A stretch of 64,000 nucleotides of DNA from positions 255 to 64,254 of the forward strand of contig CANRFU010000001.1 of NCBI GenBank assembly GCA_947629975.1, read 5' to 3'. The stretch comes from an uncultured Oscillospiraceae bacterium. Its GTDB lineage: Bacteria; Bacillota; Clostridia; Oscillospirales; Oscillospiraceae. Shown here piece after piece: positions 47,635 to 56,757 of this stretch (position 1 is its first letter; each line of letters begins with the position of its first letter). Position numbers and translations under genes: made by a program. Below the pieces are notes generated by a model. That model made no database searches. It was not told where the DNA came from and saw nothing but the letters and a program-made list of their open reading frames with translations.

Positions 47635-48578
47635 AGGGCCGCCCCCCTCTCCAGCGCCCGGTGGGCCAGGATGGCCACCCCCAGGGCGTTGTCGGTGGAG
47701 TACCGGGGCTGGGCGAACACGGCTCCGCAGGCCCGCTCCATGGCGGAGCGCAACTGCCGGTTGGAGGCCACTCCGCCGGAGCACAGCACCGGCAGGCCGG
47801 GCCAGCGGCTCATGGCCGCCTCCGTGGCCCGGAGGACCACGCCGATCACGGTGTCCAGGGTGAATCTGGCCACGTTGGCGGGGCTGTCCCCCCGCTCGGC
47901 CCGCTCCCTCACCTGGTTCTCCACGCCGGACAGGGAGAAGGTCAGGCCGTTCAGCTTCACCTTGAAGGGCCCCACCGGTTCATCCGCCTGGGGATACAGC
48001 CCGTCCAGCGCCTTTCCCGCCGGGAAGGTCAGGCCCAGCAACACCCCGGCCCGGTCGATCAGCTGGCCGGCGGAGATATCGGAGGTGCCGCCCACGATCT
48101 CCACCCGGACAGTGTGCCCCTCCGGCTCGACGTACAATAATTCCGTGGTGCCGCCGGACAGGTGCCAGGCCAGGTGGGGCCTGTCCAGCAGGTCCTCCCT
48201 GCCGGCGGACCAGGCCGCGGCGGCGATGTGCCCCTGCTGGTGGGAGCAGGGGTAAAAGGGCGCCCCCAGCGCGGCGGCCAGGGACCGGCCCTGGCCCTCC
48301 CCCACCAGGAAACAGGGCATATAGGACCCCTCCGCCTCCCGGGGGCGGGTGGAGGCCCCCACGGCGGCGATCCGTCCCAGCAGGCCGTCCGCGCGGAGCT
48401 GTTCCACCATGAGATGGAGGCGCTTCACATGCTGGAACAGGGCGTCGCTCTGGCGGAGGCCCAGCGCCCCCTGGGGCACGGTGAGCAGCTGCCCCCGGTT
48501 CTCCCCGGTCTCCCCGTCAAACACGGCGGCAGAGGTGGTGTAGTTGCTGGTGTCCAGGCCCAGACACAGTTCCCCCAT
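47631..48578 (-). CDS. TsaD/Kae1-like ASKHA-fold protein (peptidase M22 family)
   Basis: LGLDTSNYTTS, HQQGH, LSGGTT, IDRAG, SGGVASN, TDNA. Confidence 0.8.
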   Translation of the reverse strand: MGELCLGLDTSNYTTSAAVFDGETGENRGQLLTVPQGALGLRQSDALFQHVKRLHLMVEQLRADGLLGRIAAVGASTRPREAEGSYMPCFLVGEGQGRSLAAALGAPFYPCSHQQGHIAAAAWSAGREDLLDRPHLAWHLSGGTTELLYVEPEGHTVRVEIVGGTSDISAGQLIDRAGVLLGLTFPAGKALDGLYPQADEPVGPFKVKLNGLTFSLSGVENQVRERAERGDSPANVARFTLDTVIGVVLRATEAAMSRWPGLPVLCSGGVASNRQLRSAMERACGAVFAQPRYSTDNALGVAILAHRALERGAAL

Positions 48579-48579
48579 A

Positions 48580-49044
48580 TCAGCCCTCTCCCGGCCCCTC
48601 GGGGAACCTGTCCCGGACGAAGGAGCCCAGGATCCCGTTGATGAACTTCACCACGTCCTCATCCACATAGTTCTTCGCGATCTCCACCGCCTCGTTGATG
48701 GCGGCGCTGTTGGGCACATCGGGCATATACAGGATCTCGTACAGGCACACCCGCATGATGGCGGCCGCCACCCGGTCGATGCGCTTCACCCTCCAGCCTC
48801 TGGCGTACTGGCCGATGGCGTTCTCCAACTCGGCGGCGTGCTCCTCCACGCCGGTCACCACCCGGGTGATGTAGGCCATCGACCCGCTGTCGGGAAACTC
48901 CCCGTACAGCGGCTCCGCCCCGGCGCGGAGGGCGAAGCTCTCCTCGTTCAGCTCCCGCTCCAGCAGTTCCCCGGCGGGGACGCCGGTGAACATCATCTCA
49001 AAAACCAGGTGCATGGCGATCTCTCGGGCTGTGGTCCTGTTCAT
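48580..49044 (-). CDS. nusB: Transcription antitermination factor NusB
   Basis: RTTAREIA, IDRVAAAIMR, INEAVEIAK, FINGILG. Confidence 0.95.
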   Translation of the reverse strand: MNRTTAREIAMHLVFEMMFTGVPAGELLERELNEESFALRAGAEPLYGEFPDSGSMAYITRVVTGVEEHAAELENAIGQYARGWRVKRIDRVAAAIMRVCLYEILYMPDVPNSAAINEAVEIAKNYVDEDVVKFINGILGSFVRDRFPEGPGEG

Positions 49045-49182
49045 AAAGGGCCTCCTTCTCCGGCGCCGGCCGGTCCTCTCATGGGCACACACGCCCATTT
49101 TGTATATTCAATCTATTATACACGCGGCCGGCGAAAAAGGAAACCCCTTTTTTGCGGATCGGAGGTCAAATTTGCGTGGGCA

Positions 49183-49210
49183 AAAAAAGAGCCGGGCATT
49201 CCAGCCCGGC
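49183..49210 (-). terminator. Terminator after asp23
   Basis: GAGCCGGG...CCCGGCTC with a 7-A run (U-tract on the minus strand). Confidence 0.7.
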
Positions 49211-49229
49211 TCCGCCGCCTGCGCAAAGG

Positions 49230-49601
49230 TCACTTCTGGAAGGTGACGCCGGTCACCGCCACATTGACGGCGGCCACATTCAGCCCGCTGGTGCTCTCCA
49301 CCGCGTTGAACACGTTCTCCTGCACCGCCTTGGCCACGTCGGTGACGACGTAGCCGTACCGCACGAGGATGGTCACGTCCACCGTCACCTGCTCGCCGTC
49401 CACGGCCAGGCGAATGCCCTTGGCCAGGCTCTTGCGGTTGTTGACCACAGCCGCCGCGTCGCTGTTGAGGGTGGAACCAAGGGCGCTGACCCCCTCCACA
49501 TCCAGGGCCGCCGCGCCGGCGATAACGGCCAACACCTCCTCGGAGATGCTGATGCTGCCCAGGTCCTCCCCATGGGAGATGTATTCCTTGTTGTCGGCCA
49601 T
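49230..49601 (-). CDS. Asp23/Gls24 family protein (YqhY-like)
   Basis: ISEEVLAVIAGAAALDVEGV, VAKAVQENV, VNVAVTG; promoter TTGTAT-17-TATAAT (49635-49663). Confidence 0.9.
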   Translation of the reverse strand: MADNKEYISHGEDLGSISISEEVLAVIAGAAALDVEGVSALGSTLNSDAAAVVNNRKSLAKGIRLAVDGEQVTVDVTILVRYGYVVTDVAKAVQENVFNAVESTSGLNVAAVNVAVTGVTFQK

Positions 49602-49680
49602 ACCGCCCACGCTCCTTTGTTTGAAACTGACGCTATTATAACACCGGCATTCAGAAAATACAATCCCATTTTTTATTCGC

Positions 49681-50313
49681 TCAGGGTTCCGCCTCGATGA
49701 TGTTGATGGTCTCGGCGGTCAGGCCCGTCTCCTCTTTGACGATCTCCAGGATCTTGGCGGTGTCGCTCTCGGTGAGGCCGCCGTCGATGGCGGATACCAC
49801 CACGCTGGCGCTGCCGTCGTTGATGAAGCAGACGCAGTCCCCGTAGCCCTTGGCGGTGACCAGGTTCTCCACGTTGGCCTCCGACATGGTGAAGGTGGCC
49901 ATGGCCTGGATGGAGGTGTTGGCGTCGTCGATGACCTCCTGGGCGGCGTTCTCGTCGGCGGCGGCCTGCTGGAGCAGCTGCAGGGCGCTGTCGCGGGCCT
50001 GCTGCCGGTTGAGGCGGGCGGCGGCGAAGTAGCCGGTGGTCTGGGCGGGGGCCTGGGTACCGTCCCCGGTCCCGGCGCTGGGCTGAACGGACGGCGCCGC
50101 GCTGCCCATGGCCCCCGCGGCGGGCGAGTTGGCGGGAGCCGCGCTGGCGTCGGTGCCGTTGACCAGCCCCGCCTGGCCCAACACCTTTCCGGTCTCGCTG
50201 GCGGCGGGGTCGTCCGCCGTCTGCTGGTGGTTGTAGGACCAGTTCAGATACACCGCCGCCCCCACGAACAGGACGATGGCCACCACCACCGCGTTTCGTT
50301 TCCATACACTCAT
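49681..50313 (-). CDS. spoIIIAH: Stage III sporulation protein AH
   Basis: N-terminal TM AVYLN, YFAAARLNRQQAR, ENLVTAKGY; last gene of the operon. Confidence 0.9.
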   Translation of the reverse strand: MSVWKRNAVVVAIVLFVGAAVYLNWSYNHQQTADDPAASETGKVLGQAGLVNGTDASAAPANSPAAGAMGSAAPSVQPSAGTGDGTQAPAQTTGYFAAARLNRQQARDSALQLLQQAAADENAAQEVIDDANTSIQAMATFTMSEANVENLVTAKGYGDCVCFINDGSASVVVSAIDGGLTESDTAKILEIVKEETGLTAETINIIEAEP

Positions 50314-50350
50314 TCTGTTTCCCTCCGTCATTGATTTGATTGAACGGGAG

Positions 50351-50872
50351 TTATCCTCCCTTGCATACGGTAATGCGGTCCGCGCCCAGCCCCGTCAGGG
50401 CGGACACCGCCTGGGTCAGCAGCAGGCGCACATTGGCGTCGCCGGCCCCCGGGCACACGACTACCGCCCCCTGGAAGGTGGGGTAGTTCTGGGAGAGAAG
50501 CACCGTCTCCTCCCCCGCCTCCCCGTCCAGGATGACCGTCTCGGTGGTCCAGGAGCCGCGGCCGTTCTGCTCGGCGGAGGTCTCCCGGTCGGAGGCCAGC
50601 ACCCGCTCCATGCCGCTTTTCAGGGTGAGGGCCACCGTCACCTCCCCCGCCCCCTCCACCTGAGAGAGGACAGAGGACATCTTCTCCTCCAGCGCCTCCA
50701 GATCGAAGTCCTCCCGGACGGCGGGGAGGCCGGTCTCTCCGCTCCGGGAGATCTCCCGCCCGGAGGGCCACAGCAGGAGCAGGATCCCTGCCGCGATGAC
50801 GATGAACACATATTTGTACTCCCAAAAAAAGCGCCTGATCTTCTCCGTATCCGGCCGCCTGATCTCCCTCAT
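50351..50872 (-). CDS. spoIIIAG: Stage III sporulation protein AG
   Basis: LSQVEGAGEVTV, GAVVVCPGA, AVSALTG. Confidence 0.88.
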   Translation of the reverse strand: MREIRRPDTEKIRRFFWEYKYVFIVIAAGILLLLWPSGREISRSGETGLPAVREDFDLEALEEKMSSVLSQVEGAGEVTVALTLKSGMERVLASDRETSAEQNGRGSWTTETVILDGEAGEETVLLSQNYPTFQGAVVVCPGAGDANVRLLLTQAVSALTGLGADRITVCKGG

Positions 50873-51360
50873 GGTGAACTCTCCTCAAAATACTGCCGCT
50901 CCGGCGGGACTCCCAGATCGTTCTCCATGACCCGGGCCAGGGCCTCCCGCCCTTCCGCCGTCCACTCTCCCCGGGCGGTGACCGCCCAGGGGCACAGCGC
51001 TCCGTTCCCGTCATAACCGATGGTCACCTCCGCCCGGCAGGAGATGCCCATCTCCTCCGCCTTGTCCACAATATATGCGGCGGTCCGCTCCGCTATGATG
51101 GTTTTATAGCGCTCCTCGCTCTGTTCCGCCAGCGCCTCCTCGCAGGCACCCAACTCCGCCCGGTATCCCGCCAGGATATCGCCGATTTCCCCTCCGTCCA
51201 GCCTGACCACCGGGCTGACCGCCGCCAGCAGCAGGGCCAGTCCTCCCGCCAGACGGCACACCTTCTTCCCCGTCCCAGCGGGGACGAGCCCTTCGATCAG
51301 CGCCAGCGCCATGGCAGTGCAGGTGACCGCCATGAGCCAGTCCCTCAGCCAGCCTGTCAT
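50869..51360 (-). CDS. spoIIIAF: Stage III sporulation protein AF
   Basis: Operon position; N-terminal helical hairpin ending SPV. Confidence 0.8.
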   Translation of the reverse strand: MTGWLRDWLMAVTCTAMALALIEGLVPAGTGKKVCRLAGGLALLLAAVSPVVRLDGGEIGDILAGYRAELGACEEALAEQSEERYKTIIAERTAAYIVDKAEEMGISCRAEVTIGYDGNGALCPWAVTARGEWTAEGREALARVMENDLGVPPERQYFEESSP

Positions 51361-52451
51361 GCCGCCGCCACCGAGACGGAGGACACCAGGGCGATGAGCA
51401 GCAGCAGGCAGCTGGCCCCGGTCATGCCCAGGATCAGGCCGAAGGCGCTCCCCAGCTGCTCCACCAGGACCTGGACCCGTCCCTGCCCCACCGTGGAGGC
51501 CAGGGCCGCCGCCAGCTTATAGACCAGATAGTGGATCGCCAGCTCCAGTACCGGCGCCAGGCAGATGGCCAGCACCGTCATCATCCCGAACACCCCCACC
51601 GTCCCCCGCAGGACGCCCGCGGAGGCCAGCACCGTCTCCGCCGCCTCGGACAAAATGCCCCCCACCACCGGAATAGCCCCGGAGATGGCGAATTTCGCCG
51701 CCTTCACCGAGGCGGCGTCCGCCGTCCCGGCGATGACCCCGCTGGCCGTCAGATAGCCCACAAAAGCCAGCATCACGGCGGTGAGCACCGTGGTCACCAC
51801 CCATTTCAGCAGGGCCGCCAGCCGCTTCAGTCCCTCGTTGCCCACGGCGGCCCAGGCCACCGAGGCGGCGATGTACCCATACAACACCGGCACCAGCAGC
51901 CCGTCGATCAGGTTCATCAGCACATCGGAGAACAGCACCGCCGCCATCTGCCGCGCCGCCGCGCCGGTGATGGCCCCGGTGGCCGCCGTCACCGCCGCCA
52001 CCGCCGGCAGCAGCACGTTGGCAAAGGAGCGCATGTCGTCCAGCGCGCCGGCCCCCATCCCCATGAGGGAGTTCACGTCGGCCACCGCCACCGCCGTCAC
52101 CGCCAGGGCGCCCGCCAGGGTCACGGCGGGGCCTCCCTTTTGGCCCAGCCCCTCCTGGACGGTGTCCGCCAGCCCCACCAGCAGCAGGATGGCCAGCAGC
52201 AGCACCCCGGACCGCACCGCCCGGCGGATGATCCCGTGAATCTCCCGGCTGCCGGTATCCAGCAGGGCCTCGATCCCCTCGTCCAGGCTGAGGCCGTACT
52301 CCATCCCGGAACCGCTGTCCTCCGCCGCCCGCTCCAGGCCCTCCACGTCGATGATGTCCCCACCCTCGATCTCCGCCGCCCGCGCCGGGGTGATGAGGGC
52401 CAGCAGCAAGAGGATTGCCGCCAGCAGCGTCAAAAAACCGTACTGTCTCAT
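51357..52451 (-). CDS. spoIIIAE: Stage III sporulation protein AE
   Basis: Multi-TM, IPVVGGILS..AETV, KLAAAL. Confidence 0.9.
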   Translation of the reverse strand: MRQYGFLTLLAAILLLLALITPARAAEIEGGDIIDVEGLERAAEDSGSGMEYGLSLDEGIEALLDTGSREIHGIIRRAVRSGVLLLAILLLVGLADTVQEGLGQKGGPAVTLAGALAVTAVAVADVNSLMGMGAGALDDMRSFANVLLPAVAAVTAATGAITGAAARQMAAVLFSDVLMNLIDGLLVPVLYGYIAASVAWAAVGNEGLKRLAALLKWVVTTVLTAVMLAFVGYLTASGVIAGTADAASVKAAKFAISGAIPVVGGILSEAAETVLASAGVLRGTVGVFGMMTVLAICLAPVLELAIHYLVYKLAAALASTVGQGRVQVLVEQLGSAFGLILGMTGASCLLLLIALVSSVSVAAA

Positions 52452-52460
52452 GTTCTCCCC

Positions 52461-52847
52461 TCACAGGAGGCCGGTCATCAGTTCCAGCGCCGCCGACATC
52501 AGCGGCAGCGCCGCCGCCAGGGCCAGCGCCGTCCCGGCCAGTTCCACCGCCGAGGCCAGAGCGCTCTCCTGGGCGTCCCGGCAAAAGGCCGCCGCCAGGT
52601 GAGTGACGACGGCGATGCCAGCCGTCTTCAACACCGGTCCCAGCACCGCCGCCGACAGTCCGCCGACCGCGGCCAGCTTGTCCAGAAAGGCCGCCGCTGA
52701 GCTCAGCGCCCCGGAGCAGAACAGCACCACCAGCGCCCCGGCGCACACCCCCAGGGCCAGTGCGATCTCCGGGGCCTGCCTGCGGATCACCACAGCGCAG
52801 ATGGCCGCGATGATGGCCGCCGCCCCCACCCGTACCGCGTCGCTCAC
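52461..52847 (-). CDS. spoIIIAD: Stage III sporulation protein AD
   Basis: LKTAGIA...FCRDAQE..LASAVELAG; GTG start overlapping the spoIIIAC stop. Confidence 0.88.
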   Translation of the reverse strand: MSDAVRVGAAAIIAAICAVVIRRQAPEIALALGVCAGALVVLFCSGALSSAAAFLDKLAAVGGLSAAVLGPVLKTAGIAVVTHLAAAFCRDAQESALASAVELAGTALALAAALPLMSAALELMTGLL

Positions 52848-53038
52848 AGCCCGAACAGATCCTTGACCAGATCGAACAGGTCGCTGATCTGCTGTACCAC
52901 CAGCATGAGCACGACGACCAGTCCCACCAGCGTGGTCATGGTGGCCATCTCCTCCCGGCCGGAACGGGACAGCACCTGGTTGAGCACCGACACCAGAATG
53001 CCGATGGCCGCGATACGAAAGATCAAATCCACATTCAA
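52844..53038 (-). CDS. spoIIIAC: Stage III sporulation protein AC
   Basis: MNVDLIFRIAAIGILVSVLNQVL..SGREE. Confidence 0.95.
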   Translation of the reverse strand: MNVDLIFRIAAIGILVSVLNQVLSRSGREEMATMTTLVGLVVVLMLVVQQISDLFDLVKDLFGL

Positions 53039-53083
53039 GGCAACGTCCTCCTCTTATGTAATGTGTGATTCCTTTATAAGGGC

Positions 53084-53596
53084 TCAAAACAGCAGGATGA
53101 CCAGCAGCAGTCCGCCGCCGGCGCCTAGAATACCGTACAGCCTGCCCAGCCGGTCCCGGCGCTCCACAGCCCGCTCCCGCTGACCCGCCAGCCGCTCTGC
53201 CGCCCGCTCCAGGGCCTGCCGCTGGCTGTCTCCGTCGTACCGGCCCAGGACCGAACCAAGCTCCGCAAGGATGGCGGCGTCCTCCCGGTCCAGACACAGC
53301 TGGGCATCTCCGATGCACGCCGCCCAGACCTGCCGGAAGGATCTGCCGTTCAGCCGGGCCGCCTCCTCCGCGCACAGCCGGAACAGCCGCGCCGTCCCCC
53401 CTGCGGCGCCCTCTGCCGCCCGCAGCAGTCCCTCGGGCAGGGGAGCCAGCCGCCAGCCCAGCTCCCGCTCCAGGGTCTCAACGGCGCTCTCCAGCTCCCG
53501 CAGGTCCCGCACCCGGGCCGACAGGCGGCCCGCAGCCGCCAGCCCCAGGCCCAGCCCGCCCAGGATCAGGAGCGCCGCGCCCACAAAGCGTACCAT
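53084..53596 (-). CDS. spoIIIAB: Stage III sporulation protein AB
   Basis: Operon position; LGRYD, C-terminal LLLVILLF. Confidence 0.88.
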   Translation of the reverse strand: MVRFVGAALLILGGLGLGLAAAGRLSARVRDLRELESAVETLERELGWRLAPLPEGLLRAAEGAAGGTARLFRLCAEEAARLNGRSFRQVWAACIGDAQLCLDREDAAILAELGSVLGRYDGDSQRQALERAAERLAGQRERAVERRDRLGRLYGILGAGGGLLLVILLF

Positions 53597-54504
53597 CACA
53601 GTCCCTCCACCCGAACGGCCCGTCCGCCCCTTCGCCGCTCGATCACTACCAGCCGCCGGAACACGCCGGCCTCCAGCAGGCCCCGATAGACCGGCCTTTT
53701 CTGTAAAGTCTCTTTCCTTGCTCCATGGGCCGTCGCAATCAGTTCCACCCCGCACCCCGCCGCCCTGACAAGGGCCTCAGCGTCCTGCGGGTCGGTGATC
53801 TCATCGGCGGCCAGCACCTGGGGATTCATTCCCCGGAGCAGGATAGACAGCCCCTGGGCCTTGGGGCAGCCGTCCATCACATCGGTGCGGCGGCCCACGT
53901 CCAGCTGCGGCTCGCCCCGCCACAGGGCGGCGATCTCCCCCCGCTCGTCGGCCACCCCCACCCGGTGCGGGCCGATCCCCTCACCGTCGGACAGGACACG
54001 GATCAGATCCCGCAGCAGGGTCGTCTTCCCCGCCCCCGGCGGGGCCAGGATCAGGGTGCTGACAATCCGCCCGTCCTCCGTCAGTTCCGGCAGCAGCTTG
54101 GCGGCCTGTCCCCTGATCTGGCGCGCGATCCGGATGTTCAGCGACGACAGGTACCGCAGGGTGACGATCTCCCCTTCCTTACAGGCCGCCGTGCCGCAAA
54201 GGCCGATCCGGTGGCCCCCTCTCAGCGTCACGAAGCCCTGCCGCACCCTGTCCAGCACGGTGTGGGCCGACGCCTGGGTGGCGTTCTCCAGCACCTGCCG
54301 GAGATGGTCCTCCGTAACGGCGGGGCCGCCGGTCTCTGTCTCCCCCTCCGGCAGCAGCACGGTCATGGGGGACCCCCGGCGAAGGCGGTATTCCTCTGCG
54401 CTCTCCAGGCGCCCGTCCCCCAGCGCGGAAAGGCCCTCCAGCAGCGGCCGCGGCAGGATCTGCGCCGCCTGTCTCCAGGGCATTTGCTTGTCCAAGACCG
54501 CCAC
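53596..54504 (-). CDS. spoIIIAA: Stage III sporulation protein AA (ATPase)
   Basis: GGHRIGLCG, APPGAGKTTLLRD, DERGEIA, NPQVLAADEI. Confidence 0.96.
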   Translation of the reverse strand: MAVLDKQMPWRQAAQILPRPLLEGLSALGDGRLESAEEYRLRRGSPMTVLLPEGETETGGPAVTEDHLRQVLENATQASAHTVLDRVRQGFVTLRGGHRIGLCGTAACKEGEIVTLRYLSSLNIRIARQIRGQAAKLLPELTEDGRIVSTLILAPPGAGKTTLLRDLIRVLSDGEGIGPHRVGVADERGEIAALWRGEPQLDVGRRTDVMDGCPKAQGLSILLRGMNPQVLAADEITDPQDAEALVRAAGCGVELIATAHGARKETLQKRPVYRGLLEAGVFRRLVVIERRRGGRAVRVEGL

Positions 54505-54520
54505 CCGCCTTTCTGCAATG

Positions 54521-54549
54521 ACTATATGAGCGCCCGCCGCCCTTTATGC
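54521..54549 (-). promoter_or_regulatory. Sigma-E promoter of the spoIIIA operon
   Basis: GCATAAA-14 nt-CATATAGT, matching the established sigma-E consensus and spacing. Confidence 0.8.
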
Positions 54550-54646
54550 CTGAGGGGCGGCGTTTGCAGTTTCGTTACAAATTCTTGCTGACTTCGTTGC
54601 ATCTTCGTGCTATACTGTGGAAAAACGACAGGAGGGGGCGAGCGCT

Positions 54647-55306
54647 GTGGCCCATATTCTCATCGTGGAGGATGAGCGGCATATCGCGAAAATGATCGAG
54701 GCCACCCTGGCCCTCGGCGGCCACACCAGCGCCTGGTGCGACGACGGCGCCGCCGCCCCGGAGCGGGTGGAGGATGGCGGCTTCGACCTGGTCCTGCTGG
54801 ACGTGATGCTCCCCGGCCTGGACGGTTTCGCCGTCATGGAGCAGATCCGGGGCCTGAACATCCCGGTGATCTTCCTGTCCGCCATGCAGGAGGTGGCCGA
54901 CAAGGTCCGGGGCCTGCGGCTGGGGGCGGAGGACTACATCGCCAAGCCCTTCGAGCCGCTGGAGCTGCTGGCGCGGGTGGACGTGGTCCTCCGCCGGAGA
55001 GGCCGGGGGACCGACGTGCTGGAATACGGCCCCATCCGCCAGGATCTGGGCAGCCACACCGTCACCCTGGACGGAACTCCGGTCTCCCTCTCCCCCAAGG
55101 AGTTCGATTTGCTGAAGGTATTCCTCCAGCACCAGAACCTGGCCCTCAGCCGGGACAGGCTGCTGTCCATGGTGTGGGGGTATGAGTTCGCCGGGGAGAG
55201 CCGCACGGTGGACATCCACGTCCAGCGGCTCCGCCAGAAGCTGGATCTGGCCGACCGGCTGGTCACCCTGCCCAGGGTGGGCTACCGGCTGGAGCGATAC
55301 CAATGA
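54647..55306 (+). CDS. OmpR-family response regulator
   Basis: IVEDE, LLDVMLPGLDG, GAEDYIAKPF, RTVDIHV, GYR. Confidence 0.96.
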   Translation: MAHILIVEDERHIAKMIEATLALGGHTSAWCDDGAAAPERVEDGGFDLVLLDVMLPGLDGFAVMEQIRGLNIPVIFLSAMQEVADKVRGLRLGAEDYIAKPFEPLELLARVDVVLRRRGRGTDVLEYGPIRQDLGSHTVTLDGTPVSLSPKEFDLLKVFLQHQNLALSRDRLLSMVWGYEFAGESRTVDIHVQRLRQKLDLADRLVTLPRVGYRLERYQ

Positions 55307-56757
55307 GGCTGTGGCAGAAGATCTTCCTGACCACCCTGGCCCTGATGGTGCTGTCCACCACCCTGGTGTCCTCCCTGCTGCTGAAGTCCAGCCGGGACGC
55401 CCTGTGGCAGCGGGAGTATCAGCGGGCGGTGAGCCAGCAGCAGTACCTGGCCGGGATGCTGCGGGCGGGGGTGGTGAGCCACCGGCTGCAATTGGGCACG
55501 GTGCAGCTGGAGGAGGAGGACGCCCGGCAGGCCGCGGCCCAGATCCTCGCCCGGCAGGCCATGGACGACTACCTCATCGCGCTGGCCCTGCTGGACCCCG
55601 GGGATCAGCCCATCTACAGCTCCCAGGAGCCCCCGGAGATCCTGGACGGGCGGACCGGAGATGCCTCCGATACCGTATACCGGCTCCGGCCCGGGGTTGG
55701 AGAGGGCCAGTGGTTTCTTGACGTGTCCATGCCGCTGACCCTGGAGTCCCTCCAGTGCCGCCTGACCGCGGTGTACGACGTCAGCGACCTCCAGCGGCAG
55801 CTCACCGCCCAGGCGGAGCGCACCGTGCTGCTCTGTCTGGCCTCCAGCCTCATCGGCGCGGGGGTGCTGCTGGCCCTGGTGTGGTTCCTGCTGCGGCCCC
55901 TGGCCGCCCTGGACCGCAGCGCCCGCCGGGTGGCGGAGGGCCGCTATGACGAGCGGCTGGACGACTCCGGCTCCGACGAGCTGGCCGGCCTCGCCCGGGA
56001 CATGAACGCCATGGCCGGGGCGGTGCAGGACCGGGTGGAGCAGTTGGAGCGGGTGGCGGAGGACCGAAAGGCCTTTATCGGCAACCTGGCCCACGAGATG
56101 AAGACCCCCCTCACCAGCATCCTGGGCTTCGCCGACCTGCTCTACCTGCCTAAGGAGCTGGACGAGGGGGACCGGGTGGAATACGCACGGGTCATCTCCG
56201 AGGAGGCCAAACGGCTCCGCTCCCTGTCCGGCAAGCTGCTGGAGCTCATCACCCTGGGCAGCGCCAACATCGAACTGGCCCCCGCCCCCCTCCGGGAGGT
56301 GGTGGAGGAGGTGGCCGTGAGCCTCCGGCCCGTCCTGGAGCAGAGCGGACTCACCCTGGGCCAGGTGTGCTCCAACGTGTGGGTGGACATGGACCGGGAG
56401 CTGTTCAAGTCCCTGCTGTACAACCTGCTGGACAATGGCCGGAAGGCCAGCGAACGGGGCGGCCGCCTGGACCTGGCCGCCAGGGCCGAGGGGGACGCCG
56501 CCGTCATCCTGGTGCGGGACTACGGCCGGGGCATCCCCCAGGCGGAGATCAACAAGATCACCCAGCCCTTCTACATGGTGGACAAGAGCCGGGCGCGGAA
56601 GGCCGGCGGCGCGGGCCTGGGGCTGGCACTCTGCCGGGAGATCGTGGAGGTCCACCTGGGGACCATGGAGATCCAGAGCATCGTGGGGGAGGGCACCCTG
56701 ATCCGGCTGACCTTCCCCCTCAGCACGCCCCCGGAGGAGGGAGAGGCCCATGCGTAA
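55303..56757 (+). CDS. Sensor histidine kinase (2 TM, HAMP)
   Basis: HEMKTPLTSI, NLLDN, DYGRGI, FYMVDKSR, GAGLGL. Confidence 0.96.
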   Translation: MRLWQKIFLTTLALMVLSTTLVSSLLLKSSRDALWQREYQRAVSQQQYLAGMLRAGVVSHRLQLGTVQLEEEDARQAAAQILARQAMDDYLIALALLDPGDQPIYSSQEPPEILDGRTGDASDTVYRLRPGVGEGQWFLDVSMPLTLESLQCRLTAVYDVSDLQRQLTAQAERTVLLCLASSLIGAGVLLALVWFLLRPLAALDRSARRVAEGRYDERLDDSGSDELAGLARDMNAMAGAVQDRVEQLERVAEDRKAFIGNLAHEMKTPLTSILGFADLLYLPKELDEGDRVEYARVISEEAKRLRSLSGKLLELITLGSANIELAPAPLREVVEEVAVSLRPVLEQSGLTLGQVCSNVWVDMDRELFKSLLYNLLDNGRKASERGGRLDLAARAEGDAAVILVRDYGRGIPQAEINKITQPFYMVDKSRARKAGGAGLGLALCREIVEVHLGTMEIQSIVGEGTLIRLTFPLSTPPEEGEAHA

